A stretch of DNA of 48,867 bases from an uncultured Bacteroides sp. (GTDB taxonomy: Bacteria > Bacteroidota > Bacteroidia > Bacteroidales > Muribaculaceae), in contig CAZHHF010000001.1 in NCBI GenBank assembly GCA_964531905.1, positions 1 through 48,867 of the forward strand, written 5' to 3'. The notes under the pieces are model-generated. The model was given only the letters and a program-made list of their open reading frames with translations. It searched no databases and was not told the origin of the DNA. Position 1 is the stretch's first letter; every line of letters starts with the position of its first letter. Made by a program: the position numbers and the translations under genes. Shown piece by piece: positions 16,556-25,334 of the stretch.

Positions 16556-18286
16556 TTAATATCCCTCGTTCTGTTTAAGGTTCTTGTTGATTACAAGTTC
16601 TTTGGCGGGAATAGGCCAGAGATACATGCGCTCGCTGAAGTTTCCTTTAGAGTGGACTTCGCATAATTGAGCATCGATAAGTTTCTGGAAATCGGGGATA
16701 CAGTCGTCATCGATTTCGGGAGCATATTCCCAGAACCAGTGGCCATCGGTTTCGATCTTTTTCGCTTTGGTCTTGTTGGCGATGAGACCGCAGTTTGGTT
16801 TGTTGAAAGCTTTCTCGGCGATTCTCCAACGGATGCAGTCATAATAACGGAGACACTCGAAAGCGAGTTCCACGCGGCGTTCGCGACGGATAACCTTGCG
16901 GAGTTCTTTCTGGTCCTTGCTTGTGATGGCAGGGTATTTGCTGACTTCGCCAACCTGACATTTGTAAGCGCGGGCGCGAACTTTGTTGATTGCATCAAGA
17001 ACTGAATCGTCGATCTTGTTCTGCTCGATCATTGCTTCGGCGTAGATCAGGTAAACATCGGCCAGACGGATTATCACATTGTCGTTGGTCGCTTTTTTCA
17101 AACCGGTACACCATTCGATTTCAGTACGTTTCTTCCATACGAGACCGTTGTAAGATGCATTGGCGTTACCAACAGGATAGCTATCGATGTTCGGTACCAT
17201 TTTATTCTGATTATAGTCCATTACTTTAGTTGCTGACGGACGAGGATCGAATACGACACCGAGATTAGTGCTGCCGAATTCAATAAGTGTTTCGGCACAA
17301 CGCGGGTCACGGTTTTTGAAAGGATTCTTAGGATCGAACAGCGGTGATTCATCAATAGGAAGACCATCGGTACATTCAAATGCTGCGAGGATCGCCCATG
17401 ACGGACCTTTTGAAGCAGTACCGCCGGCGAGACGCGGGCAGTAAGAGCTTGCCGAGCTGAACGGCGCGTTTGATGCGTAAAGTTCGAGGTTATCGGAGTT
17501 GGGAGTCAGGAAGATTGACTCGGCATCGTTGCGGGCGTGGAAATACTCACCGAAGTCGGGATGGAGACGGTAGATTCCTTTATCAGCGAGAGCCATACAT
17601 TCTTTAGCTGCTTCAGCAGCTACATCCCAGTCTTCAAACCAGAGGGCGAAACGCGCTTTCAGAGCGAGAGCGGCACCTTTGGTGGCAGTGCGGTAGGCAG
17701 AGTTCTTTTCAGGAAGATTCTCGATCGCGAAATCGAAGTCCTCATAGATTTTCTTGATGATCTCGGCTTTCGGAGTCTGTGACATGGTGTACGACTCTTC
17801 GATAGTTGTTGCGTTTTCAACATAGACAACATCTCCGAAGTGGAAAACGAGCATACCATAGTGATAAGCGCGGGTGAATCGGGCCTGAGCTTCGTAATCG
17901 AGGAGTTTAGTCTCGTTGATTCCGTGTTCGCGACCACGGTCCATGTTGGCGATGATTGTGTTGGCGCGAACGATCGCCTTGTAAAGGTTGGTGTAGGTGG
18001 TCTGAAGCTGTAGATAACCTTTTATGTCGCTTTCACTGTTGAGTGTTCCGTCAACGATCGGTTGTCCGGCAACCTTGCGGTAAAAGTAGTCGTCGTTCCA
18101 TGCTTCCTGACCGAGATCCCACCATACGGGGCGATATATGTCAGCCACTGCGAGATCATACTCTGTTTCGGAAGAGAACCAGGTCTCGCTTGAACCCTGG
18201 TCGAGCGGATAGCGGTCAAGATCGATACATGATACCGATGTGAAGGCCAAAGCCAGAGCCGGTAATATATGTTTGATATTTTTCAT
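16556..18286 (-). CDS. SusD/RagB-family nutrient-binding outer-membrane lipoprotein
   Basis: 576 aa. Lipoprotein signal ALALAFTSVSCIDLD. It starts 13 nt downstream of a SusC-type gene. SusD-like C-terminal blocks RERRVELAFECLRYYDCIRW and LKQNEGY. Confidence 0.85.
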   Translation of the reverse strand: MKNIKHILPALALAFTSVSCIDLDRYPLDQGSSETWFSSETEYDLAVADIYRPVWWDLGQEAWNDDYFYRKVAGQPIVDGTLNSESDIKGYLQLQTTYTNLYKAIVRANTIIANMDRGREHGINETKLLDYEAQARFTRAYHYGMLVFHFGDVVYVENATTIEESYTMSQTPKAEIIKKIYEDFDFAIENLPEKNSAYRTATKGAALALKARFALWFEDWDVAAEAAKECMALADKGIYRLHPDFGEYFHARNDAESIFLTPNSDNLELYASNAPFSSASSYCPRLAGGTASKGPSWAILAAFECTDGLPIDESPLFDPKNPFKNRDPRCAETLIEFGSTNLGVVFDPRPSATKVMDYNQNKMVPNIDSYPVGNANASYNGLVWKKRTEIEWCTGLKKATNDNVIIRLADVYLIYAEAMIEQNKIDDSVLDAINKVRARAYKCQVGEVSKYPAITSKDQKELRKVIRRERRVELAFECLRYYDCIRWRIAEKAFNKPNCGLIANKTKAKKIETDGHWFWEYAPEIDDDCIPDFQKLIDAQLCEVHSKGNFSERMYLWPIPAKELVINKNLKQNEGY

Positions 18287-18299
18287 TGTTGTATTCTGT

Positions 18300-21200
18300 T
18301 TAGAAGTTAACGTTCAGACCGAATATTACCGATTTGGTGATAGGATAGCTCGAAGTCGTACGTTCGGGATCGTATCCGGTCGGGTAGTCATTGATAGTGA
18401 AGAGGTCGTTACCGCTCACGTAAACGCGTACACGGTCGATGTAGGCCTTACGGGTCCATTTCTGCGGCAGGGTGTAGCCGAGAGTGATGTTTTTCATACG
18501 GAAGTAACGTCCGTTGAACATCCAGAAAGTAGACATAGCATTGTTTACGTCCTTGTTGGTGGTAGTAAGACGCGGGTAGCGTGCTTTGGCGTTCTCTTCA
18601 TCGGTGTTTAGTGAACTCCAGTAGTTGCCGTCGAGGATACCCGGGATTGAACCCCATTTTCCGCGATACGGTTGAACCATTGACTCGGTCATACGAACAT
18701 TCTGAGAACCGATTCCCTGGAATGCCATGCTAAGGTCGATACCTTTCCATTGTGCGTTGATGGTTCCGCCATAGAGGTAACGGGGGAGTGAGTTGCCAAG
18801 TAGAGTCTGGTCATATTCGGGTGAGATCACACCGTCGGGTACACCGTCGGGTCCGGAAATATCTTTGAATTTGACGTCACCAACTTTGGTGGTTGCGTTC
18901 AGTTTCGGAGAATTGTCGAGATCTTCCTGAGTAAGGAAAAGTCCGTCGGCAACGTAACCGTACCATTCATTATAGTAGCTGCCCTTGCGGCTTGTCTTTT
19001 CACCGGTGAACTGAGTTCCTTTAAGATCACCCATTTTCGAAATATAATCCGAGAAGTTTACGGCAACGCTGTAGGTGAAATCACCGATACGGTCGTTCCA
19101 GCTCAGCTCGAGGTCATAACCGGTTGTATTCATGCGTCCGGCGTTCTGGTCGGGGTTGGAGTAACCAAGATACTTCGGAATTTCAAGCGCGAGGAGCATG
19201 TCTTTGGTATATTTCTTATAGAAGTCGCCGGTGAATGACAGACGGTTATTGAAGAAGCGAGCATCAACACCGATATCGAAGCTTTCGGTTGTTTCCCAGG
19301 TAATGTTCTTGATAGCGTAAGAGATCTGGGCTGCACCCTGACGGAATTCAACTTCGTTTTTCGCATTGTAAAGAAGTGATTTGGTGAAGTCCATCAGTGA
19401 GATATAGGGATAGTTACCGATACGGTCATTACCGAGCTGTCCCCATGATCCGCGGATTTTAAGGAATGTAAGCGCTGCCGGATTGATGTTCTGCATGAAT
19501 TTCTCCTGTGAGAGAACCCATCCTAAAGATACCGAGGGGAATGTTCCGATACGGTGTTTTTGGTGGAATCGTGAAGACTGGTCGTCACGGATATTGAATT
19601 GCAGGAGGTAACGGTTGTCGTAGCTATAGACTACGCGGCCGAATACAGAACGGTAGGCATTCTCATAGGCAGTTCCGCCAACACCCAGATAATCTTTGTT
19701 TGCGACAGAAAGGTATGGGTAGGTGTCAAGAGCCATATTGTTAGTTGATGCCGACTGCGATTCATGGAAATAGTAGTACGTTTCATAACCTGCCATGAGG
19801 TTCACATCATGTTTACCGAATGTGTTGTTGTAGTTGGCCAGGAGCTGGGTTGTAAGACGTTTTGCATCAGCACGTTCCTCTTCAAGGTTGTTGGTGGTGT
19901 AGTCGCTAAGATATCCTGCGATTGTAAGAGGATCATCCTGACGGTAGTATGGCACTTTCTTAGTGAAAGTCTTTGTTTTTGTGAAAGTGAGCTGCGGAGC
20001 CACGATTGCCGAAAGCTTCAGACCTTTGAACGGAGTGACGAAGATTGAGAATTTACCTGCGGCTTTAAGTGTGGCTGCGTTGATATCACCGCCTTCGGTA
20101 AGTTTTCCGTAAGGGTTCGATCCGTCTTTAACGTCACCCATAGTGCCGTTCTGCCAGCGGTGAGCGTAAGCGGGCGATGCATTGTAGATACCGCTCCATA
20201 CTGTTGTGAATTTCGGCTTTTCGGTTTCGCTGTAGATTACGTTGATGTCGGCGTTGGCACCGATATACTTGTTGAAGGTGAAGTCATTGTTGGTGCGTAC
20301 CATGTAACGCTGATAGGTATTCTTGGCTTCCTTGAACAGACCGTCGGTCTTGTCATAGCTGAGGGTAACGCGTGTTTTTACTTTCTTGGAGCCTCCGGTG
20401 AGGTTGATTACGTGTGACTGGCGGGGTGCAGAACCTTTGATCATAAGATCATACCAGTCGGTGATAGGATAGTTGTCGGGATCCTCAGCGTTGCGTGCGA
20501 CCCAGTTGGCAACCTGATCCTCAGTATAGATCTGATACCATCCTCCCGAAGGATTGTCATTGTAATGAAGCTCGTTGACCATCTCGAGGTAGCGCTGCAT
20601 TCCAACGTTTGTCGGCTGTGAAGCGGGTATTTCGAGACCGTATTCGAAGTTATATGTGAGTTTGATGTCGCTTTCACTCGCGCGTTTGGTAGTGATAAGG
20701 ATAACACCGGCAGCAGCACGTGAACCGTAGATAGCGGCTGAAGCTGCGTCTTTAAGCACCGAGATGCTTTCCACATCGTTGTTGTTGATGTTGTCGATAT
20801 TGTCGGTAGGCACACCATCGACGATAATAAGCGGAGACGCGTCACCGATTGTTGTCACACCACGGATTAGAATGTCGCTTGAACTTGCTCCCGGCTGACC
20901 GTTGGAACGGGTTACCTGGACACCGGCGATAGCACCCTGGAGAGCTGTAGCGAGTTTGGTGGTGTGGCGCTCAGCAACTTTTTCACCCTTAAGATTTGAT
21001 ACTGCTCCGGTAAGGTCTTTTTTCTTGATCGTACCATAGCCGATAACGACAACCTCATCAAGGAGTTCGGTGTCGCTGACAAGAGTAAAATCATATTTAT
21101 TGGACTCGCCAACGGTAGTTTCCTGAGATTTGTAACCGATGAAGCTGACAACCAGTACATCTCCTTTTGATGCTTTGAGAGAGTAATTACCGTCGATATT

Positions 21201-21416
21201 GGTCATGGTGCCGTTCGACGTGTTTTTGATTTTAACAGTCGCGCCGATTATAGGCTCGCCCTCATTGTCAATCACAGTACCTGTGATATCCTTGACATCA
21301 GGCGGTAATTGGCTTGCGAGGCCGCTTAAGGAGCAGCATAGCAGCCCTATAAGCAGTAGGACTGCACGGCTTGCCGACATCGTCCTTTTCAGCAATTTGT
21401 CAATAGTTGAATGCAT
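18300..21416 (-). CDS. SusC/RagA-family TonB-dependent outer-membrane transporter
   Basis: 1038 aa. CarboxypepD_reg-like N-domain ITGTVIDNEGEPIIGATVKIKNTSNGTMTNIDGNYSL. Plug/TonB-box region LDEVVVIGYGTIKKKDLTGAVS. C-terminal beta-strand ending FGLNVNF. An alternative start is the ATG at 21380 (MSASRAV...). No STN/anti-sigma extension is present. Confidence 0.9.
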   Translation of the reverse strand: MHSTIDKLLKRTMSASRAVLLLIGLLCCSLSGLASQLPPDVKDITGTVIDNEGEPIIGATVKIKNTSNGTMTNIDGNYSLKASKGDVLVVSFIGYKSQETTVGESNKYDFTLVSDTELLDEVVVIGYGTIKKKDLTGAVSNLKGEKVAERHTTKLATALQGAIAGVQVTRSNGQPGASSSDILIRGVTTIGDASPLIIVDGVPTDNIDNINNNDVESISVLKDAASAAIYGSRAAAGVILITTKRASESDIKLTYNFEYGLEIPASQPTNVGMQRYLEMVNELHYNDNPSGGWYQIYTEDQVANWVARNAEDPDNYPITDWYDLMIKGSAPRQSHVINLTGGSKKVKTRVTLSYDKTDGLFKEAKNTYQRYMVRTNNDFTFNKYIGANADINVIYSETEKPKFTTVWSGIYNASPAYAHRWQNGTMGDVKDGSNPYGKLTEGGDINAATLKAAGKFSIFVTPFKGLKLSAIVAPQLTFTKTKTFTKKVPYYRQDDPLTIAGYLSDYTTNNLEEERADAKRLTTQLLANYNNTFGKHDVNLMAGYETYYYFHESQSASTNNMALDTYPYLSVANKDYLGVGGTAYENAYRSVFGRVVYSYDNRYLLQFNIRDDQSSRFHQKHRIGTFPSVSLGWVLSQEKFMQNINPAALTFLKIRGSWGQLGNDRIGNYPYISLMDFTKSLLYNAKNEVEFRQGAAQISYAIKNITWETTESFDIGVDARFFNNRLSFTGDFYKKYTKDMLLALEIPKYLGYSNPDQNAGRMNTTGYDLELSWNDRIGDFTYSVAVNFSDYISKMGDLKGTQFTGEKTSRKGSYYNEWYGYVADGLFLTQEDLDNSPKLNATTKVGDVKFKDISGPDGVPDGVISPEYDQTLLGNSLPRYLYGGTINAQWKGIDLSMAFQGIGSQNVRMTESMVQPYRGKWGSIPGILDGNYWSSLNTDEENAKARYPRLTTTNKDVNNAMSTFWMFNGRYFRMKNITLGYTLPQKWTRKAYIDRVRVYVSGNDLFTINDYPTGYDPERTTSSYPITKSVIFGLNVNF

Positions 21417-21572
21417 AAATGATGGTATAAATGATTAGAAATTAGGCAGAGAATAATATAGGGTGTGTTTTTTAACTTAGGAATTGTACTTATTGGAAAC
21501 CTTTGTAACCTTTCAATATTAACCTTAAAAATTCATGGTATCCTATTATTGTTCTTGTCTTATGAAATTGGT

Positions 21573-21624
21573 GCCGGCGGGATTAGGGATTGCAAACTTA
21601 AAAAAATGGAAATATCCCGCCGGC
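21573..21624 (-). terminator. Possible terminator or insulator hairpin between the phosphatase-kinase-dehydrogenase operon and the SusC operon
   Basis: 11-bp inverted repeat GCCGGCGGGAT (21573-21583) / ATCCCGCCGGC (21614-21624). The loop is long (30 nt) and there is no strong T-tract, so the call is weak. It lies 37 nt after the alkaline phosphatase stop. Confidence 0.4.
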
Positions 21625-21660
21625 GAATTATAATGTGAGGTCAGTTAGTCAGTATAATTT

Positions 21661-23100
21661 TCAGTCGGTAACCGGGTAACCTCCGAGGTTGGAGATTATA
21701 CGTGCTATTCCGGCATTATCGGTGCGGGCTGTAAATGCATCTGCACCTGCTCCTACCGCATAGACAGGAACGAATGATGCGGAGTGGCCTCCTGATCCCC
21801 AGCCTAAGTAGGCAATTTCATTAATGATCCGTTTAGCTTCTGTGGCGAGAGGTATCACAGCCTGATATTCACTCTCGACAAGTTCTACTTTCGGTCCGAA
21901 TGATTCCTCATAGGCTGCATCGAGACGTGCTTTTTGCTTGTCGTTGAGTTGCAGTGCGGTTCCGAATCCGAAATATTCGGCGAGAGCCTTGTCGGCCATC
22001 TCTTTAGTCACCACGCCTTTATTTTCTTTTCTCATTTGATTGAGAATACGGGTGAATTGAAGTTCGCTGACTTTTTGATTTGAGAGGGCTTTGAGATTAA
22101 GAACGTAAGGACCTGTTCCGAGGCAGAGTGAGCCTGTCTCATGGTCGGCGGTGACAACAATCAGGGTTTCATCGGGATGCTTCTTGTAGAATTCATAGGC
22201 AATTCCGATAGCATTGTCGAAATCCTGTATTTCATGGATGATCGGCGCTGCGTCGTTGCTGTGACATTCCCAGTCGATATTGCCTCCCTCGATCATGAAG
22301 AAGAATCCGTTTGGCGCATCCTTCATAAGGAAATCGATACCTGCCTGAGTAATTTCAGGAAGAGTCAGATTACCGGGCTGGCGGTCGATGGTATATGGGA
22401 TGGTACGTTCATCGATTTTAGATGTTTCCTCATCCTGTAACAGGATTATTTTATCGGCTTTATCGATGTTCTTGCGGAACTCGTCATAACCGCGCACGAT
22501 AGTATATCCGTGTCGGCGAGAGTTGTTGAAAACTCCGAGCGAGTCTTCGGGAACTGCCCCCCAGAAGTCGGCGCCTCCGAAGAAATCAAATCCCGACGGA
22601 CCAAGTTCCATAGCGATGTCATTGTAATTTTTACGGCTTTCATTGTGGCCGTAGAATGCAGCGGGAGTAGCGTGGTTTATAGCTACACTCGAAGATACGC
22701 CTACACGTTTGCCTGCCTCTTTGGCGCGATAGGCAATGCTTTTAAGTGGAGTCTTTTTATCGCTTGCAACGCCGATACAGCCGTTGGCGGTTTTTGAACC
22801 TGTAGCAAGAGCGGTTCCTGATGCTGCTGAATCGGTAACTCCGTTTGTCGATGAATAGGTTGATGCTATCGATGCGTAGGGGAACTGAGTGAACAGCAAT
22901 GGAACAAGACCGATTTTTCCTTCCATTTCTCCGCGATAGAGTTCCGTCAGCTGAACTTGGTTCTGACCCATTCCGTCGCCGATAAAATAGAAAACATATT
23001 TAGCCTGCTGTGCCAGCGCCGGATTGTAGGCGGCGCTGAGCATGGCGGCTGATAGGGTAAGGGTTAGTAGTTTTGATTTATTCATGGTTTTAATAGTCAT
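21661..23100 (-). CDS. Secreted alkaline phosphatase (PhoA family)
   Basis: 479 aa. Blocks YFIGDGMG and VTDSAASGTALATG (nucleophile-Ser region, compare PhoA DGMG and TDSAAS), plus VVTADHETG. Signal peptide; the likely true start is the ATG at 23085 (MNKSKLLTLTLSAAMLSAAYNPALAQQ). Confidence 0.85.
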   Translation of the reverse strand: MTIKTMNKSKLLTLTLSAAMLSAAYNPALAQQAKYVFYFIGDGMGQNQVQLTELYRGEMEGKIGLVPLLFTQFPYASIASTYSSTNGVTDSAASGTALATGSKTANGCIGVASDKKTPLKSIAYRAKEAGKRVGVSSSVAINHATPAAFYGHNESRKNYNDIAMELGPSGFDFFGGADFWGAVPEDSLGVFNNSRRHGYTIVRGYDEFRKNIDKADKIILLQDEETSKIDERTIPYTIDRQPGNLTLPEITQAGIDFLMKDAPNGFFFMIEGGNIDWECHSNDAAPIIHEIQDFDNAIGIAYEFYKKHPDETLIVVTADHETGSLCLGTGPYVLNLKALSNQKVSELQFTRILNQMRKENKGVVTKEMADKALAEYFGFGTALQLNDKQKARLDAAYEESFGPKVELVESEYQAVIPLATEAKRIINEIAYLGWGSGGHSASFVPVYAVGAGADAFTARTDNAGIARIISNLGGYPVTD

Positions 23101-23101
23101 T

Positions 23102-23971
23102 TTATTTTAAGGACTCCGGGAGTACCGGCATAGCACCTGACTGAGTGCATACATAAGCCGACACATCAACCGCTCTTTTATGTGCGGTAGGGATGTCGAT
23201 TCCATTAAGCAGTGATGCGCAGAACGTCGCGGTGAATGAATCTCCTGCTCCTACAGTGTCGGCGATGGTGACTTTCGGAGTTTCAACGAATAGTGTCTGT
23301 TCGGGAGTGATTGTGTAACTGCCGTTAGCTCCGCATGTGAGTACAACGATCTTCAGGTTGTATTTTTCGAGGATTTTGCGTCCACATTCGGCAAGGTCAC
23401 CTTCGATACCAAGCATCTTGCTCACGATCACAACCTCTTCATCGTTGATTTTTAAAACGTTACACAGCTTGAGCGATTCTTCGATGATCTCCTGGCTGTA
23501 GAAGTTCTGGCGGAGGTTGATGTCGAATACTTTGAGTGAGTTCTCGGGCATCATCGAGATGAAACGTTTGATGGTTTCGCGTGATGTAGCGTTTCTCTGT
23601 GCGAGTGAACCGAAGCAGAGGCAGTCGGTGTGGGCGGCAAGTTCGTCAAGCTCCTTGCTGGATGGGATATTGTCCCACGCAACATTCTGTTCAATGACGT
23701 ATGAAGGAATCCCCTTGTCATCGAGAGTCACCTGAACGGTACCGGTGGGATAGTCCACACGGTTAAGGATATGTTTCAGATTGCGGTTGCTGAATATATC
23801 TACGATTTCGTTCCCGAGTTCATCGTTTCCGATCGCACTCACTGCGTAGCCGTCGCATCCGAGCTGTGATGCATGGTATGCGAAATTAGCAGGTGCGCCG
23901 CCTATCTGGCGTCCGGTAGGGAGACAATCCCAGAGTGCCTCACCGATTCCAACTACTGTTTTACGATTCAT
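23102..23971 (-). CDS. PfkB-family sugar kinase (fructokinase-like)
   Basis: 289 aa with no signal peptide. N-terminal GIGEALWD. C-terminal ATP/anion-hole motif DTVGAGDSFTA. Confidence 0.75.
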   Translation of the reverse strand: MNRKTVVGIGEALWDCLPTGRQIGGAPANFAYHASQLGCDGYAVSAIGNDELGNEIVDIFSNRNLKHILNRVDYPTGTVQVTLDDKGIPSYVIEQNVAWDNIPSSKELDELAAHTDCLCFGSLAQRNATSRETIKRFISMMPENSLKVFDINLRQNFYSQEIIEESLKLCNVLKINDEEVVIVSKMLGIEGDLAECGRKILEKYNLKIVVLTCGANGSYTITPEQTLFVETPKVTIADTVGAGDSFTATFCASLLNGIDIPTAHKRAVDVSAYVCTQSGAMPVLPESLK

Positions 23972-23984
23972 GGCGTCGGGAAAT

Positions 23985-25028
23985 TTAGATTTTGATTACC
24001 GATTTAACGATATTGGCTTTGTCGGATACGCTCTTATCCATAGCTTCCTGAATTTCATCAAGGCTGAACTCGTTGGTAACGATACCTTTGATATTGATTC
24101 GGCCTGAAGCAACAGCGTCGATTGCCATCGGATATATGTGACGGTAACGGAACACCGATTTGAAAGTGAGCTCCTTGTCGATGAATAAGCTGATAGGCAG
24201 GGTGAGTTCACCTGTCTTAGAATAGCCTACAAGGACAATAGTTGATCCCTTACGGGCAATTTCGATAGCCTGGCGGGTTGTTATTTCGGTTCCGGCAGTT
24301 TCGATAGATAGATCTACGCCGCGACCGTTTGTAAGTTCATTGATACGTTCCTTGAGGTCCTCTTTAGCCGAGTTGATAACGGCAGTAGCACCGAGTTCCA
24401 TAGCTTTTTCAAGACGTTTCTCCATGATATCCACAACGATGACGTTGCTTACGCCTTCGGCCTTGAGTGCCATCATTGAAACGAGACCGATACATCCGGC
24501 GCCAAACACTACGGCTGTCTGGCCAACGTGCGCTCCGCCTTGATTAGCTGCATGGAAACCGATGGCGAGCGGCTCGATGAGTGCGCCTTCAAGAGTTGAC
24601 ATATTATCGGGAAGCTTGAAGCAGAGATCGGCTTCGTGAGCCACATATTCGCAGAATACGCCGTCGACCGGAGGAGTTGCAAAGAAGATAACGTCGGGGC
24701 AGAGATTATATTTACCTTCGCGACAGAATTCGCAGTGACCGCAGGTCCTGACGGGATCGAGTGCTACGCGATCACCTACCATGAGATGGGTGACATCTTT
24801 ACCTACGGCAACAACCGTACCGCCGGTTTCATGGCCAAGAACAAACGGAGGCTCAACGATATAGTCACCGATACGGCCCGATTCATAGTAGTGAATATCT
24901 GATCCGCAGATACCCACGTATTCTATTTTAACTAAAACCTCATTATCTTTAGGAGTCGGAATCGGACGTTCTACAAAGCCCATTTTGCCGATGCCGAGCA
25001 TCACGGCTACTTTCATGTTATTTTCCAT
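23985..25028 (-). CDS. Zn-dependent medium-chain polyol dehydrogenase (sorbitol/L-iditol dehydrogenase-like)
   Basis: 347 aa. Catalytic-Zn block GICGSDIHYY with GHETGG. Structural-Zn cysteines CGHCEFCREGKYNLC. NAD fold VFGAGCIGL. Confidence 0.8.
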   Translation of the reverse strand: MENNMKVAVMLGIGKMGFVERPIPTPKDNEVLVKIEYVGICGSDIHYYESGRIGDYIVEPPFVLGHETGGTVVAVGKDVTHLMVGDRVALDPVRTCGHCEFCREGKYNLCPDVIFFATPPVDGVFCEYVAHEADLCFKLPDNMSTLEGALIEPLAIGFHAANQGGAHVGQTAVVFGAGCIGLVSMMALKAEGVSNVIVVDIMEKRLEKAMELGATAVINSAKEDLKERINELTNGRGVDLSIETAGTEITTRQAIEIARKGSTIVLVGYSKTGELTLPISLFIDKELTFKSVFRYRHIYPMAIDAVASGRINIKGIVTNEFSLDEIQEAMDKSVSDKANIVKSVIKI

Positions 25029-25075
25029 GATAAAAATGCAATACTGTTGGTTGTTATAATCAAGATTAGTTACAG

Positions 25076-25083
25076 CAAATTTA
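25076..25083 (-). promoter_or_regulatory. Candidate -7 promoter box (TAAATTTG on the minus strand) for the dehydrogenase-kinase-phosphatase operon
   Basis: Plus-strand CAAATTTA is the reverse complement of TAAATTTG, matching TAnnTTTG. It lies about 50 nt upstream of the ATG at 25028. Confidence 0.3.
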
Positions 25084-25129
25084 TAATTTTAGGGTATTAA
25101 AGCATGTAACTTTTAACATTAAAATTTTA

Positions 25130-25173
25130 CGCAACCGTTCCCGCAACCGTTCTCAATTCCCGCAACCGTTCCC
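25130..25173. promoter_or_regulatory. Three direct repeats of CGCAACCGTTC; candidate operator in the divergent intergenic region
   Basis: CGCAACCGTTC occurs at 25130-25140, 25142-25152 and 25161-25171. The extended 15-mer TTCCCGCAACCGTTC is perfect at 25138-25152 and 25157-25171. The repeats lie between the dehydrogenase ATG (25028) and the LacI-family ATG (25335). Confidence 0.45.
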
Positions 25174-25334
25174 ATAGCCGGTCAATGATCAGTGTGATGC
25201 AAGGTTGATAGAATAATAAAATGAGTTAAATTTTTGTCATTATTGTTTTTTTGTCTTTTCTTTGTAAGAAACAAATATTTTGCTTAAAGAAAAATCTTCC
25301 TCGGATATAAATTATAACCATATTTGAGTAGGGT

